NCBI GenBank assembly: GCA_030390025.1
Contig: CM059432.1
Location: 39,992,001-40,056,000, forward strand
DNA length: 64,000 bases
From: Squalus acanthias
Taxonomy: Eukaryota
Direction: 5' to 3'
Below, one piece after another: positions 45,355 to 57,683 of this stretch (position 1 is the first letter of the stretch; each line of letters begins with the position of its first letter). The notes beneath the pieces were generated by a model that searched no databases, was not told the origin of the DNA, and saw only the letters and a list, made by a program, of their open reading frames with translations. The position numbers and the translations under genes were made by a program.

Positions 45355-47703
45355 ATGTTCGGAGGCCTGATCTTGCTCGCCCTGTCTGGGCTGAGCCTCG
45401 CGAGAAGGGGCGACACCGAGGACCACCGCATCTTCGGATGCTCCGGAAGGACGGCGCCCCTAGCCCACGATGGAAGTGGCCTACGCGAGGCGGATGAAAT
45501 TGCCTCGTATACTCACGAGGGGAGCTGGCCTGGATGGCTGGGGTCAAACTCGACCCAGTACTCGAGCCAGACCGGTTTTACATATGGGGAGGCCTCCCTC
45601 CATTGCCCGAGGATACGGATCGTCACCCCAAGGATCAGCGTCACCGTGGGCAAAAGGATTTGTTTATCATGTAAGGGCAACGTTCCCCTGGATAGGTGGT
45701 GGTGGCTCAGAAAATTAAGCAAAGACATGGGGAACCCCAGGGTAGAATGGGAAAGGTTAGGGAACGACACCCACAGGACCATCACGGGGAGCCAGGGAGG
45801 GTTAAGTGTGCACTGAGACAAATGGTGGGAACCGGATCAGGGGATCTATGTCTGTATGTGGGGTTCAGAGAGAGTCTGCCCCACGGGCGTTTCCATCATT
45901 TTCCACAGCCAGTGGCAGGATAACGGGAGGGGGATGGACTGGGGGTCGCGCCTGGATGCATGCGCGATCCCATACTCCCCAATCTCGGTTAATGCCACTG
46001 AATTAGTGACCCGTCCCCGACAGCCCCTGCCCACGACCCCGACGTCACGGACTGTAGCAGAGGGATGCCCCGCCACCACCAAGGGACCAGGGAATGGCCT
46101 GGTGCTGGTACCCACAGACCAGGTGCTCTATCAAGGGGTGCATTACGCGGTGGCCTCGGTGATCTTAAATCTCACTGAGGTGCACTTGCCCGCGTGGTGC
46201 CCTGCAGAGACCGCTAAACTATATCAAGCCCTCTTAAGGGAAACATTTCAAAAGTTTTACGAATTCGATTTTGCGGAGATCGATAAGACCAAATTGTATA
46301 CACATAGCCACGAGGCTTGGGACGGGGTGGGGAGACAGAGAAGGGGTACTGTTAATGATGTTTTAACAGGTTTTAATGCAGGGTCTTCAGTTATTAATAG
46401 TTTAGACGACATTGAACTGCAGACGCAGATCAACGGTCTGAAGACCCAATTAAAGAAGGTCTTAACTGATGAGAATAAGGTAGTGGGTTCAGAACTGCAT
46501 GAAGACCAGGCCATGACTCTCCATCTAAAGGAGATCATAGCGGAGCTGGAGATACATGCAAAGACGGTGAATTCGCTCATTAGGGAGGATCGGAATGCGT
46601 CCGATCAAGCTGCGCAGAACGAGGTGTGCGTACTGTACGGGGCATGGTTGCTGGGCGAGGGCCGCAGAAATCTGGAGGACTTAAAACAGGGTTTGGTCCC
46701 CTCCTGGATCAGCAACAAGCACCTCACAGCCCTCCACCCTTTTGAGAACGCATTAAGCCCATGCCAGCTCCAACTAGCTTCCGAGGCCTACCCAGTCCCA
46801 GTGGACTGTGGACGTTCCAACCACACTATCATGGGGATAATAGTAAGGATGCCTGTCATGGGCGGGACGGCCCGACCCGCACCGGTATACAGGGTGGAGA
46901 ACATTGGTGTCATTCAGGGGGGTGTACACGTTCGTTTTACAGCGGTCCCGCCCTACGTCATAAAGTGGGATCACGCTATGACGGGTACTGACCTCTCGGG
47001 GTGCCGTAGCCGGGGAGCACACATCATCCTGTGTCCCCAGCACTTGAATGCCTATTCGAAACCACAATGCGGGTTCAGAGCTGCTTACGCAAAACCTATA
47101 AATTGTACCATGGAAGCCATGGCACAAGGCCATGTTCCCCCACAGGTAGCATATATAGGAGGTGGGACATATTGCGTCACCACAGGAGCGTCTCACTACC
47201 AGCACGGACAGCACAGCTGGTGCGCGGTGAGTGACAGCAGCTTCTGCTTTAAACCCAAGGCAGAAGTTCAAGTGGCCCAGGAACGAATTGTCCCCATTCC
47301 TGAACCATCCACGGTTCACCTAACTGTAAGAGAGAATTTCACCAACCTCCAAAAGTATGTGGCTCACTTCGGCTACCAGATTCCCCCTCTCCCAGAACAC
47401 CTCATTAAACTATTAAGGGCCGTAGTAGTGTCGCAAAAGCATTTTTATACACTGGAGCAGAAGACTATCCAGATAGGGGCCGATATTCTGGATATTACGA
47501 CCCCACCCTGGTGGGACATCTTTGAGAATATCGAGGTCCCCTCCTGGATTCGTCTGGCATCACACGCGCTCGTAATTTGTCAGCTCGGGATCGTCCTCTA
47601 CCTGGTTTACGTCCAGTGTCAGAAAAAGGGTCCCGAGGCAGTAGCAAGAACCCAAAGGGTCTGGAGGGACCAGTATGCTCGGGTAGACGAGACACTCGCG
47701 TGA
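45355..47703 (+). CDS. env: Envelope glycoprotein: signal peptide, Ig-like domain, F-type class I fusion protein; one in-frame TGA at 45814-45816
   Basis: ORFs 45355-45816 and 45856-47703 share a frame; MFGGLILLALSGLSLA; furin site RQRR (46333-46344); heptad repeat; Cys-rich region; C-terminal TM. Confidence 0.88.
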
Positions 47704-48040
47704 ATTCCGTGTCGCACCACTTACGAGTGATGGCGGCCTAATTTTATTATTTTTCATAAAGATGGTCCCCTCCGTTTGTTGTTTTTTTTTTGTTTGATTA
47801 AAAAAAAACTGTTTTATCCCAAGTGGTGCAGGGGTATGTTGGACCCCCTCCGTGCTGGGATTACTGGAAAAGAATTTGTTTTCCTATCTAAAATGCCTGC
47901 TGTACACTGCGGTTATTCTCCAAGTGGGGGAATGTACGTGTCGGGGGAATTGGGATAGGTAAATAAAGGGGAAGGTTGTTTGCGACAGTCAGAAATTTTG
48001 TTCACCTCGTATGGACACTTCAAGCAAGTTTAAGTCTCCA

Positions 48041-48050
48041 CAGGGGGGAC
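48041..48050 (+). promoter_or_regulatory. Polypurine tract
   Basis: CAGGGGGGAC immediately before the 3' LTR. Confidence 0.75.
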
Positions 48051-49066
48051 TGAAAGGATTCGCAAAATTTCATGTGTTCCCCCCCCCCCCAAAGATTTTT
48101 TGTTGGACTTATTAATAAGAAACCCTGGTCAGACTGAGTTTTAAAATCCAGGGCATAAAATGGCCGCGGTCGGACCTCGTGACCGAGAGCTTGGCAGTTT
48201 CATTTCAGACGCTGGGAAGCCATCAGTTTGTGTATTCCGGTGTCTGCAACAGGACAGGACCTTTCCTTATGCATTACAATCAGGTCTATGCATAAGGCTT
48301 TCAAGGTGTTTGCTCAAGTAATCGGCGGGGACATTGAGACGGGGCTGGGCCCATCAACGGAACTGTTCTGGACAATCATCCAACCTGTCGAACAATAGGG
48401 TGACAGTTGAAGAACTGGTATCACACAATTACTGGCCATCTAACATGATGGGCCGAGACCAGTACCTTTTGTTAAAATTCATCATGCCCAGATCAGACAA
48501 TAGAAATGTACTGATCGGTAGGAAGATTAGGGCGTCCGGGAGGGGTATAACTGGGAAGACCCAGCCATTTCTCGCTCTCTCTGCCTGGACCCGGTTCGCT
48601 CTGTCTGCCAGCAGCCCAGAAAGAAGACTACCAGAAACGCCACGTGTCGACGGCAGAAACAGAGCACAGGGCCAGGTTTTTCCATCCATTTCACCGGTGA
48701 GCATTATCTTTCTTCTGGCTGTCGCAAGACAATTTTAGTTAGGCATAAGGGTGGGGATTAATGGGGATATTGCTAAAACTGTAATTTTAGGATTTTCCCT
48801 CAATGTGTCCGTTCTCTTCCCATGCTAAGTGTAAAACCGTCTTCATATGATACAGTTTCTCTGTAGTTTTACTTCTGTAAATAAACATTGGTTTTCCTCG
48901 CACCAATCCACGGGTCTGTTCGTTTGTCCTTATCGCCGCTCGATAAGTCCTGGGCTCAGAACTAATAATAAGGGGATAGCGATTCGCAACCGCACAGTGG
49001 GCAGACAAGTCCAGGAAAACATAACTGGCTGACCTACAAATAAGCCCGAGACAAAAACCCCTTACA
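48051..49066 (+). repeat. 3' LTR (1016 bp)
   Basis: About 98% identical to the 5' LTR by eye (roughly 17 substitutions and 3 small indels). Confidence 0.97.
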
Positions 49067-50396
49067 GTCCTACCCCACTAAAGGCCAAGAATGGAGAGGT
49101 ACTCATCAAGGACAGGGAGGCAGTCAGTGCCCGCTGGAAGGAGCACTTCGAAGATCTCCTTAACCGAGACTCAGTCTTCGCCGCGAGTGTCCTCAACTCC
49201 ATCCCGCAGCATGCTACCCACCACCATCTCAGCACAATCCCAGCCTGGCATGAGGTTGAAAAGGCCATCCGACAACTGAAGAACAAGAAGACCTCAGGAG
49301 CAGATGGAATCCCTGCCGAGGCGCTAAAGCATAGCGGAGAAGCACTACTGGCGCGAATTCATGAACACATTTCTCTTATCTGGAAGGAGGAGAGCATGCC
49401 AGGGGATCTCAGAGATGCCGTAATTGTGACCATCTTCAAGAAAGGTGACAAGTCCGATTGCGGTAATTACAGAGGAGTTTCCCTGCTGTCTGCCACAGGG
49501 AAAGTCATCGCAAGAATCCTCCTCAATCGCCTTCTCCCAGTGGCTGAAGAGCTCCTCCCAGAGTCACAATGCGGATTCCGCCCACTAAGGGGCACAATGG
49601 ACATGATCTTCACCACGCGCCAATTACAAGAGAAATGCAGGGAACAGCGCCAACCGCTGTACATGGCCTTCTTTGACCTCACAAAGGCCTTTGACACGGT
49701 CAACCATGAGGGATTATGGGGTGTCCTCCTCAAATTCGGCTGACCTCAAAAGTTTGTCAACATCCTCCGCCTGCTTCACGACGATATGCAAGCCGTGATC
49801 CTGACCAACGGTTCCACCACAGACCAATTCATGTAAGGACCGGGGTCAAGCAAGGCTGTGTCATCGCACCAATGCTCTTCTTGATCTTCCTTTCAGCAAT
49901 GCTCCATCTCACCCTCAGTAAGCTCCCCGCTGGAGTGGAGCTAATTTACAGAACAAACGGGAAACGGTACGACCTCCGTCGCCTCCAGTCCAGATCCAAG
50001 GTCGTTCCTTCCTCTGTCATCGAATTACAGTATGCAGACGACACTTGCGTCGGCGCACACTCGGAGGTCGAACTTTAAACCATCGTTAACACCTTCACCG
50101 AAGCGTACGAGAGCATGGGCCTTACACTAAACATCCGTAAGACAAAAGTTCTCTACCAATCTGCCCCCACCACACAGTACTGCCCCCCGATTATCAAAAT
50201 CCATGACAAGGCCTTGGACAACGTGGACCACTTCCCATACCTCAGGAGCCTACTGTCAACAAGGGCAGACGTTGATGAGGAAGTCCAACACCGCCTTCAG
50301 TGTGCCAGTGCAGCCTTCGGTCGCCTGAGGAAGAGTGTGTTGGAAGACCAGGACCTCAAACCCGGCACCAAGCTCATGGTCTACAGAGCAGTAGTA

Positions 50397-50823
50397 GTGA
50401 GGATGTTCCCAATGATGGGTGAAACTAGAACTAGGGGACATAATCTTAGAATAAGGGGCTGCTCTTTCAAACTGAGATGAGGAGAAACTTTTTCACTCAG
50501 AGGGTAGTGGGTCTGTGGAATTTGCTACCCCAGGAAGCTGTGGAAGCTACTTCATTAAATAAATTTAAAACAGAAATAGACCGTTTCCTAGAAGTAACGG
50601 GAATTAGGGGTTACGGGGAGCGGGCTGGAAATTGGACATGAGTTTGAGTTCGGATCGGTCAAGGCCCTGTGGGTGGTGGAGCGGGCCCAGGGGCCGAGTG
50701 GCCTGGTCCTGCTCCTACTTCTTGTGTTCTTTAGAGTTGAGGTTGGATCAGATCAGCCATGATCTCATTGAATGGCGGAGCAGGCTCGAGGGGTCGATTG
50801 GTCTACTCCTGCTCCTATTTCTT
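50397..50823 (+). mobile_element. CR1 3' fragment inserted in the RTE
   Basis: RMFPMMGETRTRGH; same subfamily and double 3' end as 33073-35178. Confidence 0.88.
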
Positions 50824-51502
50824 AATACCCGCCCTCCTGTATGCCTCAGAGACATGGACCATGTACAGCAGGCACCTCAAAGCACTGGAGAGGTACCACC
50901 AACGCTGCCTCCGCAAGATCCTGCAAATCCATTGGCAGGATAGACGCACCAACGTCAGTGTTTTCGCTCAGGCCAACATCTCCAGCATCGAAGCTTTGAC
51001 CACGCTCGATCAGCTCCGATGGACGGGTCACATCGTCCGCATGCCCGATACAAGATTCCCAAAACAAGCGCTCCACTCGGAGCTCCGACACGGCAAGAGA
51101 GCCCCAGGTGGGCAGAGGAAACGCTTCAAGGACACCCTCAAAGCCTCCTTGAAAAAGTACAACATCCCCACCGACACCTGATCCCTGGCCCAAGACCATA
51201 CAAAGTGGAGGAGAAGCATCTGGGAAGGCGCCGAATACCTTGAGTCTCTTCGCCGGGAGCAAGTGGAAGCCAAGCACAAACAGCGGAAGGAGCGCACGTC
51301 AACCCAAGCACCCCACCCACCCGCCCCTTCAACCACCGTCTGCCCCACCTGTGACAGAGGATGTAGGTCCCGCATTGGACTCATCAGTCACCGGAGAACT
51401 CATTTTTAATGTGGAAGCAAGTCATCTTCAGTTCCGAGGGACTGCCTAAGAGAGAAGATAGTGGTCATGATGCGGAGATGCCGGTGTTGGACTGGGGTGG
51501 AC

Positions 51503-51756
51503 AAAAATGAGAAGTCGCACAACACCAGGTTATAGTCCAACAGTTTTATTTGAAATCACAAGCTTTCGGAGCTATCGATCGCCCCTTCCTCAGGTGAAGT
51601 AAAGAGATACAGAATCGCCAAAGCATATATAGATGCTTTGGCGATTCTGTATCTCTTTACTTCACCTGAGGAAGGGGCGATCGATAGCTCCGAAAGCTTG
51701 TGATTTCAAATAAAACTGTTGGACTATAACCTGGTGTTGTGCGACTTCTCATTTTT
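51503..51756. repeat. Perfect palindrome (124-bp arms, 6-nt spacer) with two opposed hammerhead motifs
   Basis: 51503-51626 is the reverse complement of 51633-51756; TCAC-CTGAGGA-A-GGGGC..GCTCC-GAAA-GCTT-GTGA at 51662-51703 (+) and 51556-51597 (-). Confidence 0.93.
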
Positions 51757-54464
51757 AAGAGAGAAGAAGAAGTCACCCGCCTCTGTTAAAATCAGAAGTG
51801 GGCACATTGGAGGTAGGTTTGCCTTTTTTGAATTTTTAACCCCCCCCCCCCCCCCCCCCCCACCAGCTTCCACACCTCCCCCCGCCACCCATCGTTGGGG
51901 GTTAAAATTCCCCCCAAAGATTCGGGCGCCTTCATCATTCTCCGTACAATATAGCCAAAAATGGGTCGCATCGTTGCTGTTTGCTGCATTCTGCACAACC
52001 TGCCAATACCAAGAGGATTGGAGTTCGAGAAGGCACAGCGACAAAAAGAGGCATCATCAGGCCATCTAGTACCTCTGTGAACTGGCGTGAACGTGGAAGA
52101 GTGACTGTTGATGTAACCTTTGGGAAAGTAATTGTCTGGTTGGTCTGCTGAAAATCCAAGTGCCACATTTAAGATTAAAATTGTATTCACTGCGAAATAA
52201 AAAATTCTTAAAACCATTTTTTCGGCTTAAAAATTGGTCTGCACCTGACTTAGGGCGTGAACCCAACGTCAACCACAAACCGCCACACAAAATTGGTCCT
52301 CTTGCGGCATCAGGATGCGACCAGCGTGCTGGGGATGTCCGACACAGCCCAAGATGCAGAGCACCAGTCGCATAGAGGATGAAGATCGTCCAGCAGAGAC
52401 CTGACCTACGATGAGGCTGGGGGTGGGGAGGGGGGCAAGTGGTGGCCGGCAGCAGCCCGCAGTTTTAATGTGGAGACAGGTGGAGCAGCACTTTTAAGAC
52501 CGTTGATTGGGTTGCTTGTCGCCTGAGAAACCTGACCGGAGAATGCATGACGCATACCTGACCGCTACACCATCCAATTTCTTGACCTATATTTATAATA
52601 TAAAAATTTTCTAGGGCAGCATTCTCTGGTACCCCCTAGGAAAGCACCACCAAATATTGTGCCTTTCAACATTTGGATTTCCCCTTCAGGTTTTCATGTA
52701 CTATTTTCTTTTTTTTTTGCCCCCTTTCAATACAGGTAAAGAAATGGTTAAACTACAAAGCCCATGTAACATACTTGTTTTCACATGCCAGGAGTGTTTT
52801 TGAGCTGTCTGCGATTGCAGCTGGGACACCTTTTTTTTTGAGGTTGTTGCTCAGGTTCTGCTAGTTTTCCGGGTCGACATCTACAATGAGTTCTACTAAG
52901 TTCTGAGCCAAGCAGCATTAGAGAGAACATCATCCGTGCTACTGGCTAATTAGATACAGACCGCAAAAATGTGCTGACCTGCTGGCCAGCACAGTTTCCA
53001 AGAAACTCAAAAGGTTGGGTTTGCCCAAAATGTAAACCACATCCCCACATTCCAGGTGGTTGTTCATAAAGTGTACATAACAAAAATCCTAATTTCCTCA
53101 CCAGCTCCCATTGCAGTATGTTTTTAATGAGCCTTCCCCCCTCTCCAAAGCGCATCCATATTGTGAACCCCACCACAAAACAACATTTCTGAATGGTGTC
53201 ATTTATAATCACAGAAACAGTCGTACACAAGTTCGACAGCCCCACTGGCATGACCTTTCTCTTCCAGAACCGTGATTTGAACAAGATTCGATAAGGGCTA
53301 GCAATTTCCGGGATTTTTGTTACTCCGTGTGAATTTTATTTTTGGCAAGTAGAGGAAGGACTGATGCTGTTTTTCCACTGTCGGTGCCAGTGGGAGTAGG
53401 CAGTTTACATGCCACAGCATGACTTCAGATCTGATCCTCCTCAATTTTCTAACAGAGGCTTCAGCATTACCAAGGTTACCCCAGAGGAGCTCACGTTCCA
53501 ATTCCAGCTCTGGAGTAACCAAATCAGAATATCTGAAATTGCAGACACACACAATCCCAGAAATACACTTTTAACCAGGGGAAAGAGGACTTTTCCAGGA
53601 ATTACAACTTTTTGTTAGTAAATCTCTTGGGTTGCTCCACATTTTGTAGCCAGTGCTCCCATAAATAATGGGAGCGGCTAATTGTTTTATTATGTTTCCA
53701 CGTTTGGTTTCCTTTTAAGCTTTTTAAAGTTTCTACTCCCGACCAGTGTCAGAAATGATGTTATGTGATATTAGTATATGACTAATTCTGTGGTGCTGTG
53801 CATTACTTGTACCATGGACATGGAGGAATTGGAGAATTGGGAGAACAGCTCCAGCACCCATTAGCAACTGGGCTACAGTTCTGTGGTCTGCTGCATTGTG
53901 TGTGCATTGCAAGAGTGGTGTTATCACATTTATAAATAAGTAGCACAATAGGAAGGAAGGAAGTTATTTATTTAGTTATTTATATAGCACTTTTCATCCT
54001 TTCCTTTCCTCCTACCTTTCCTTTCATGACCTTCGGATATCCCAAAGCGTTTTACAGCTTTTGAAGTGTAGTCTGGCTTTGCAAGAGTTTTTTCTGCAAT
54101 GTTTAGGGTACTCTGTTGTTTTTGTTAGAAAATTCATTCATATTTCTAAAAAAAAGTTTTATATTTTCATGAAGTTTTTGGGCCTTTTTTTTTTAAGTGC
54201 CTCAATTACTGTATTTCATGGTTGATGTGTTACAAGATAAAAGGAGGCACACCAGGCAGATCGGAGGACACCAGTCTCTGGGGCAGGAAGGTTTCCTCGG
54301 AGTTGTCACCAAATTAGTCCCAGGTAATTAACACCATTACAAATGTGGCAGTAGAACTGGATATAGCTTGGAGAAGGCAACTAGTTCGGGGGTGGGAGGG
54401 GAAATCCCACACTAAGTCAAAGCGTGTGAGGCAAAGATCAGCAGGACATATGGGCAAGGTAGGG

Positions 54465-54940
54465 ACAGTAACCCAGTTAAGAGTTCTGTACGCAAATGTA
54501 GCATAAAAACAAAACAAATGAGTTAGGAGCACAGATTCAGCTTAAAGGGGGTATGTTGTAGTCACCATTACAGAGAACAGACTAAAAGCTGGGTATGATT
54601 GGGAGTTAAATATTCCAGGGAAATTGGCAAAGGAGGGGGAGTAAAGACACAATTACAGCAGTAAAAAAGGGATTTCAGTATGGGTGATGAGGCAGAGAAA
54701 ACACTATAGGTAGTGTTAAGGAACAGCAAGGGATGCAATACTCTGGTAGGAGTTGTCTACAGACCTCCTGACAGCAGTGATGTTGTAGGGGGGATGTATA
54801 AATACGGAAATCAGGGAGCATGTAGCAAATCAAAGTGGTTATAATGGGAGATTCGAATTTCCATACAGACTGGGAGAAGCAGAACTGCTGAAGTAAAGGG
54901 AATGAATTCCTAGATTGTATTCGGGACAGTTTCTAGAACA
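54465..54940 (+). mobile_element. Old degenerate CR1 endonuclease fragment
   Basis: LYANV, ITE, GVVYRPP, IMGDSNF remnants. Confidence 0.65.
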
Positions 54941-57014
54941 ACGGGTACAGTTTCTGCTAGATTGCATCGGTTTTGCCAGTGCAATTTGCCCAAAATCCAC
55001 ATAACCAGAGTAAAAGATCGAGGAATTTCAAGCACAAGTTACGTCCAGTGCAATTCCAGTTTCCGTGAGCTTTTACGCTGGTTTAAAGCCCTCTTGATGG
55101 AAGCCGGCCCCGCCCACAAAACTGGCCCCAGATTGAATTAATGGGCAAGGCGAGTTTCCGCCAATTGCGCCCCTTCAAGGAGGCTCTTCAAATTAAGCTG
55201 GGTTTTTTTATGGGGCAAAGGCACGAGTAGGCACCTTTAAAAGTTTTTAAGCATTAAAAAATATTTAATTTACTAAGAATCTGACTAGTGTACACCAATG
55301 AAACTAGTAAATGGTTCTGTATAGTTTTTTAAAGTCATTTTTAGTTATTTAAAAATCAGGTTATTCACAGGTGGTGAACTCGACACTCTTATTGAAAATG
55401 CTTATTTTTGGCGATACTCATTTTCAGCTGAATTAATAAAACTGCACCAAGTTACCACTCTTAAATATATCAAGGAATATCTTTTAGTGCAAGGGAAAAA
55501 AATAAACAATTATGTTCTAAAACGCTGTCCGATTGGGCTGATTCATGGAAGATTACATTTGATTATGCAAATGAGTTTGAGCGAAAATTTGCACCAAAAC
55601 TTCACTTCAGAAAACCAGCGCAATTTGCGCCCTGATTGCCGATTGCGCCCAAAGCGGGACTCGGGAGCAAGAGTGCTTCCCTCGGCCCACATAGCAAACC
55701 TGTTAACCTCCCAATGATCAGACCCCCACCACTCCCGATGTCCTCCATGGCCTGCGATCTCCTCCCCGTCCCTCCCCCACCATGTCCTCCATGGCCCCCC
55801 CCCCCCGCTGGTGATCTTCTCCCCCTCCCCCAACCTGATCTCTCTAGGTCCCCTCGCAATCTTCTCTACGGGCTCCCCGCAATCTTTCCGCTCCCCCCAT
55901 CAATGTCACTCCCCACCTCGATCTCTCCGGCCCTCCCATCGATGTCCCGCTGACCCCCAATCTCTCCACCGCCCCCATCAATGCCCCACTGATCTCTCCT
56001 TTCCTCCTCTATATTCCCTGGCTGTGGCCAGGTGCAGCAGGCCTACCCACCTGACAGCCAGCCGGCCTCTCAATTTGGCTGGCTGTGGCCGGCAAATGGA
56101 TTCTAAAAACTGGTAATCGGGTCCTGTTCTTCCTCATTTCCTGCCCGCTAAACTGCACGGGGTCACTAACTGAAGCACAAATATAATTTAATGCAGCGTT
56201 CTTAATGTGTTAAAATACAATATTTATATTCTTTCAAGTATCTAAAATTATAGAACAAAACTGTAGTTGTGACAAGTTTAGTTAAATGTAATGTTTTTGC
56301 CTGAAATTATACAAATTTTAAAGAAGTAGAACATCAGACATATCACAGCATAAACCCATCATTTATACTTGGAAGAGCAGAGATTCAGGCAAGGTTTATT
56401 ATTCTCAAAGGATTTGTGCCTTAAGTAACATTGCAAGCACAATCATGACAAATGGCAAAAATCTGTAAACTATCACCTTTCTCTGAAAGATAAGCCTTAA
56501 TTGATGTCAGTGGAGAAGGAGTGTGAAATTTTAACTATCATCAATTTGTACCAAGAACTAGGGCATTGTGTTTTAGCATTCAATTATCTTAAAGAACTTC
56601 CACTTTATTCAAATTTTGACAGCAGATTGTTTACCTTTTAAAATGTGAACACAAGAAATAGTGGAATGAGAAAAGACCACTCATTAATGTTGAGCCTTGG
56701 TTGAGTCAAACACAGAACAATGAGCAGCTCTAATTCGTAATTGTTTACTTGGGGGAGGGGGGAGATTTTAACTGCCAGTGGGTTTCTGGCGGGAAGCTGC
56801 TGCCTGAAGTTTCCTGCCTGCCTGCTGAAGTATGATTCTATGATTCCACATTGATTTAACCACTGGGCCTCATTAACAAAGGAGGAAAAGGATTTAAAGA
56901 ATATATACTAGCATAAATAGATAGAAGAGCATAAAACCAAATAAGTTTACAGCACACAGAAGGCCAACCAACCAATCCATTGTGTCTGTGGAGGCCCTTT
57001 GCTACGGCCATCAA

Positions 57015-57683
57015 CAGCAAGCAATTAGGAAAGCAAATGGTATGTTGGCCTTTATTACAAGAGGATTTGAGTATAAGAGTAAAGATGTCTTACTGCAATT
57101 ATATAGGGCCCTGGTGAGACCACACCTGGAGTATTGTGAACAGTTTTGGTCTCCTTACCTAAGGAAGGATATACTTGCCATAGGGGGAGTGCAACGAAGG
57201 TTCACCAGACTGATTCCTGGGATAGGGGGAATTGTCCTATGAGGAGAGATTGATTAAACTAGACCTATATTCTCTAGAGTTTAGAAGAATGAGAGGTGTT
57301 CGCATTGAAACATATAAAATTCTTAGAGGGCTTGACAGGGTAGATACTGAGAGGATGTTTCCCTGGCTGGGGAGTCTAGAACCAAGGGTCACAGTCTCAG
57401 AATAAGGGGTCGGCCATTTAGGACTGAGATGAGGAGAAATTTCTTCACTCAGAGGGTGGTGAATCTTTGGAATTCTCTACCCCAGAGGGCTGTGGAGGCT
57501 CAGTCATCGAGTATATTCAAGACAGAGATCGACAGATTTTTGGATATTAAGGGAATCAAGGGATATGTGGATAGTGCAGGAAAGTGGAATTGAGGTCAAA
57601 GATCAGCCATGATCTTATTGAATGGCGGAGCAGGCTCGAGGGGCTGAATGGCCTACTCCTGCTCCTGTTTCTTATGTTCTTAT
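57015..57683 (+). mobile_element. CR1 3' end
   Basis: KANGMLAFITRG, LVRPHLEYC; TTCTTATGTTCTTATG tail. Confidence 0.92.

Larger units (their letters stand above)
41068..49066 (+). mobile_element. Envelope-encoding LTR retroelement / endogenous retrovirus, lokiretrovirus-like, pol-deleted
   Basis: Paired LTRs TG...CA; GTCC TSD (41064-41067, 49067-49070); PBS, PPT, gag, pro, pol remnants, env. Confidence 0.95.
41017..51458 (+). mobile_element. RTE-clade LINE (5'-truncated), split by the LTR element and a CR1 fragment
   Basis: GFFIAVKTAYGPSTQG (41017-41067) continues PTPLKAKNGEVLIKD after 49067; NYRGVSLLS, FFDLTKAFDTV, LQYADD; C-terminal zinc finger; AAG-rich tail. Confidence 0.92.
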
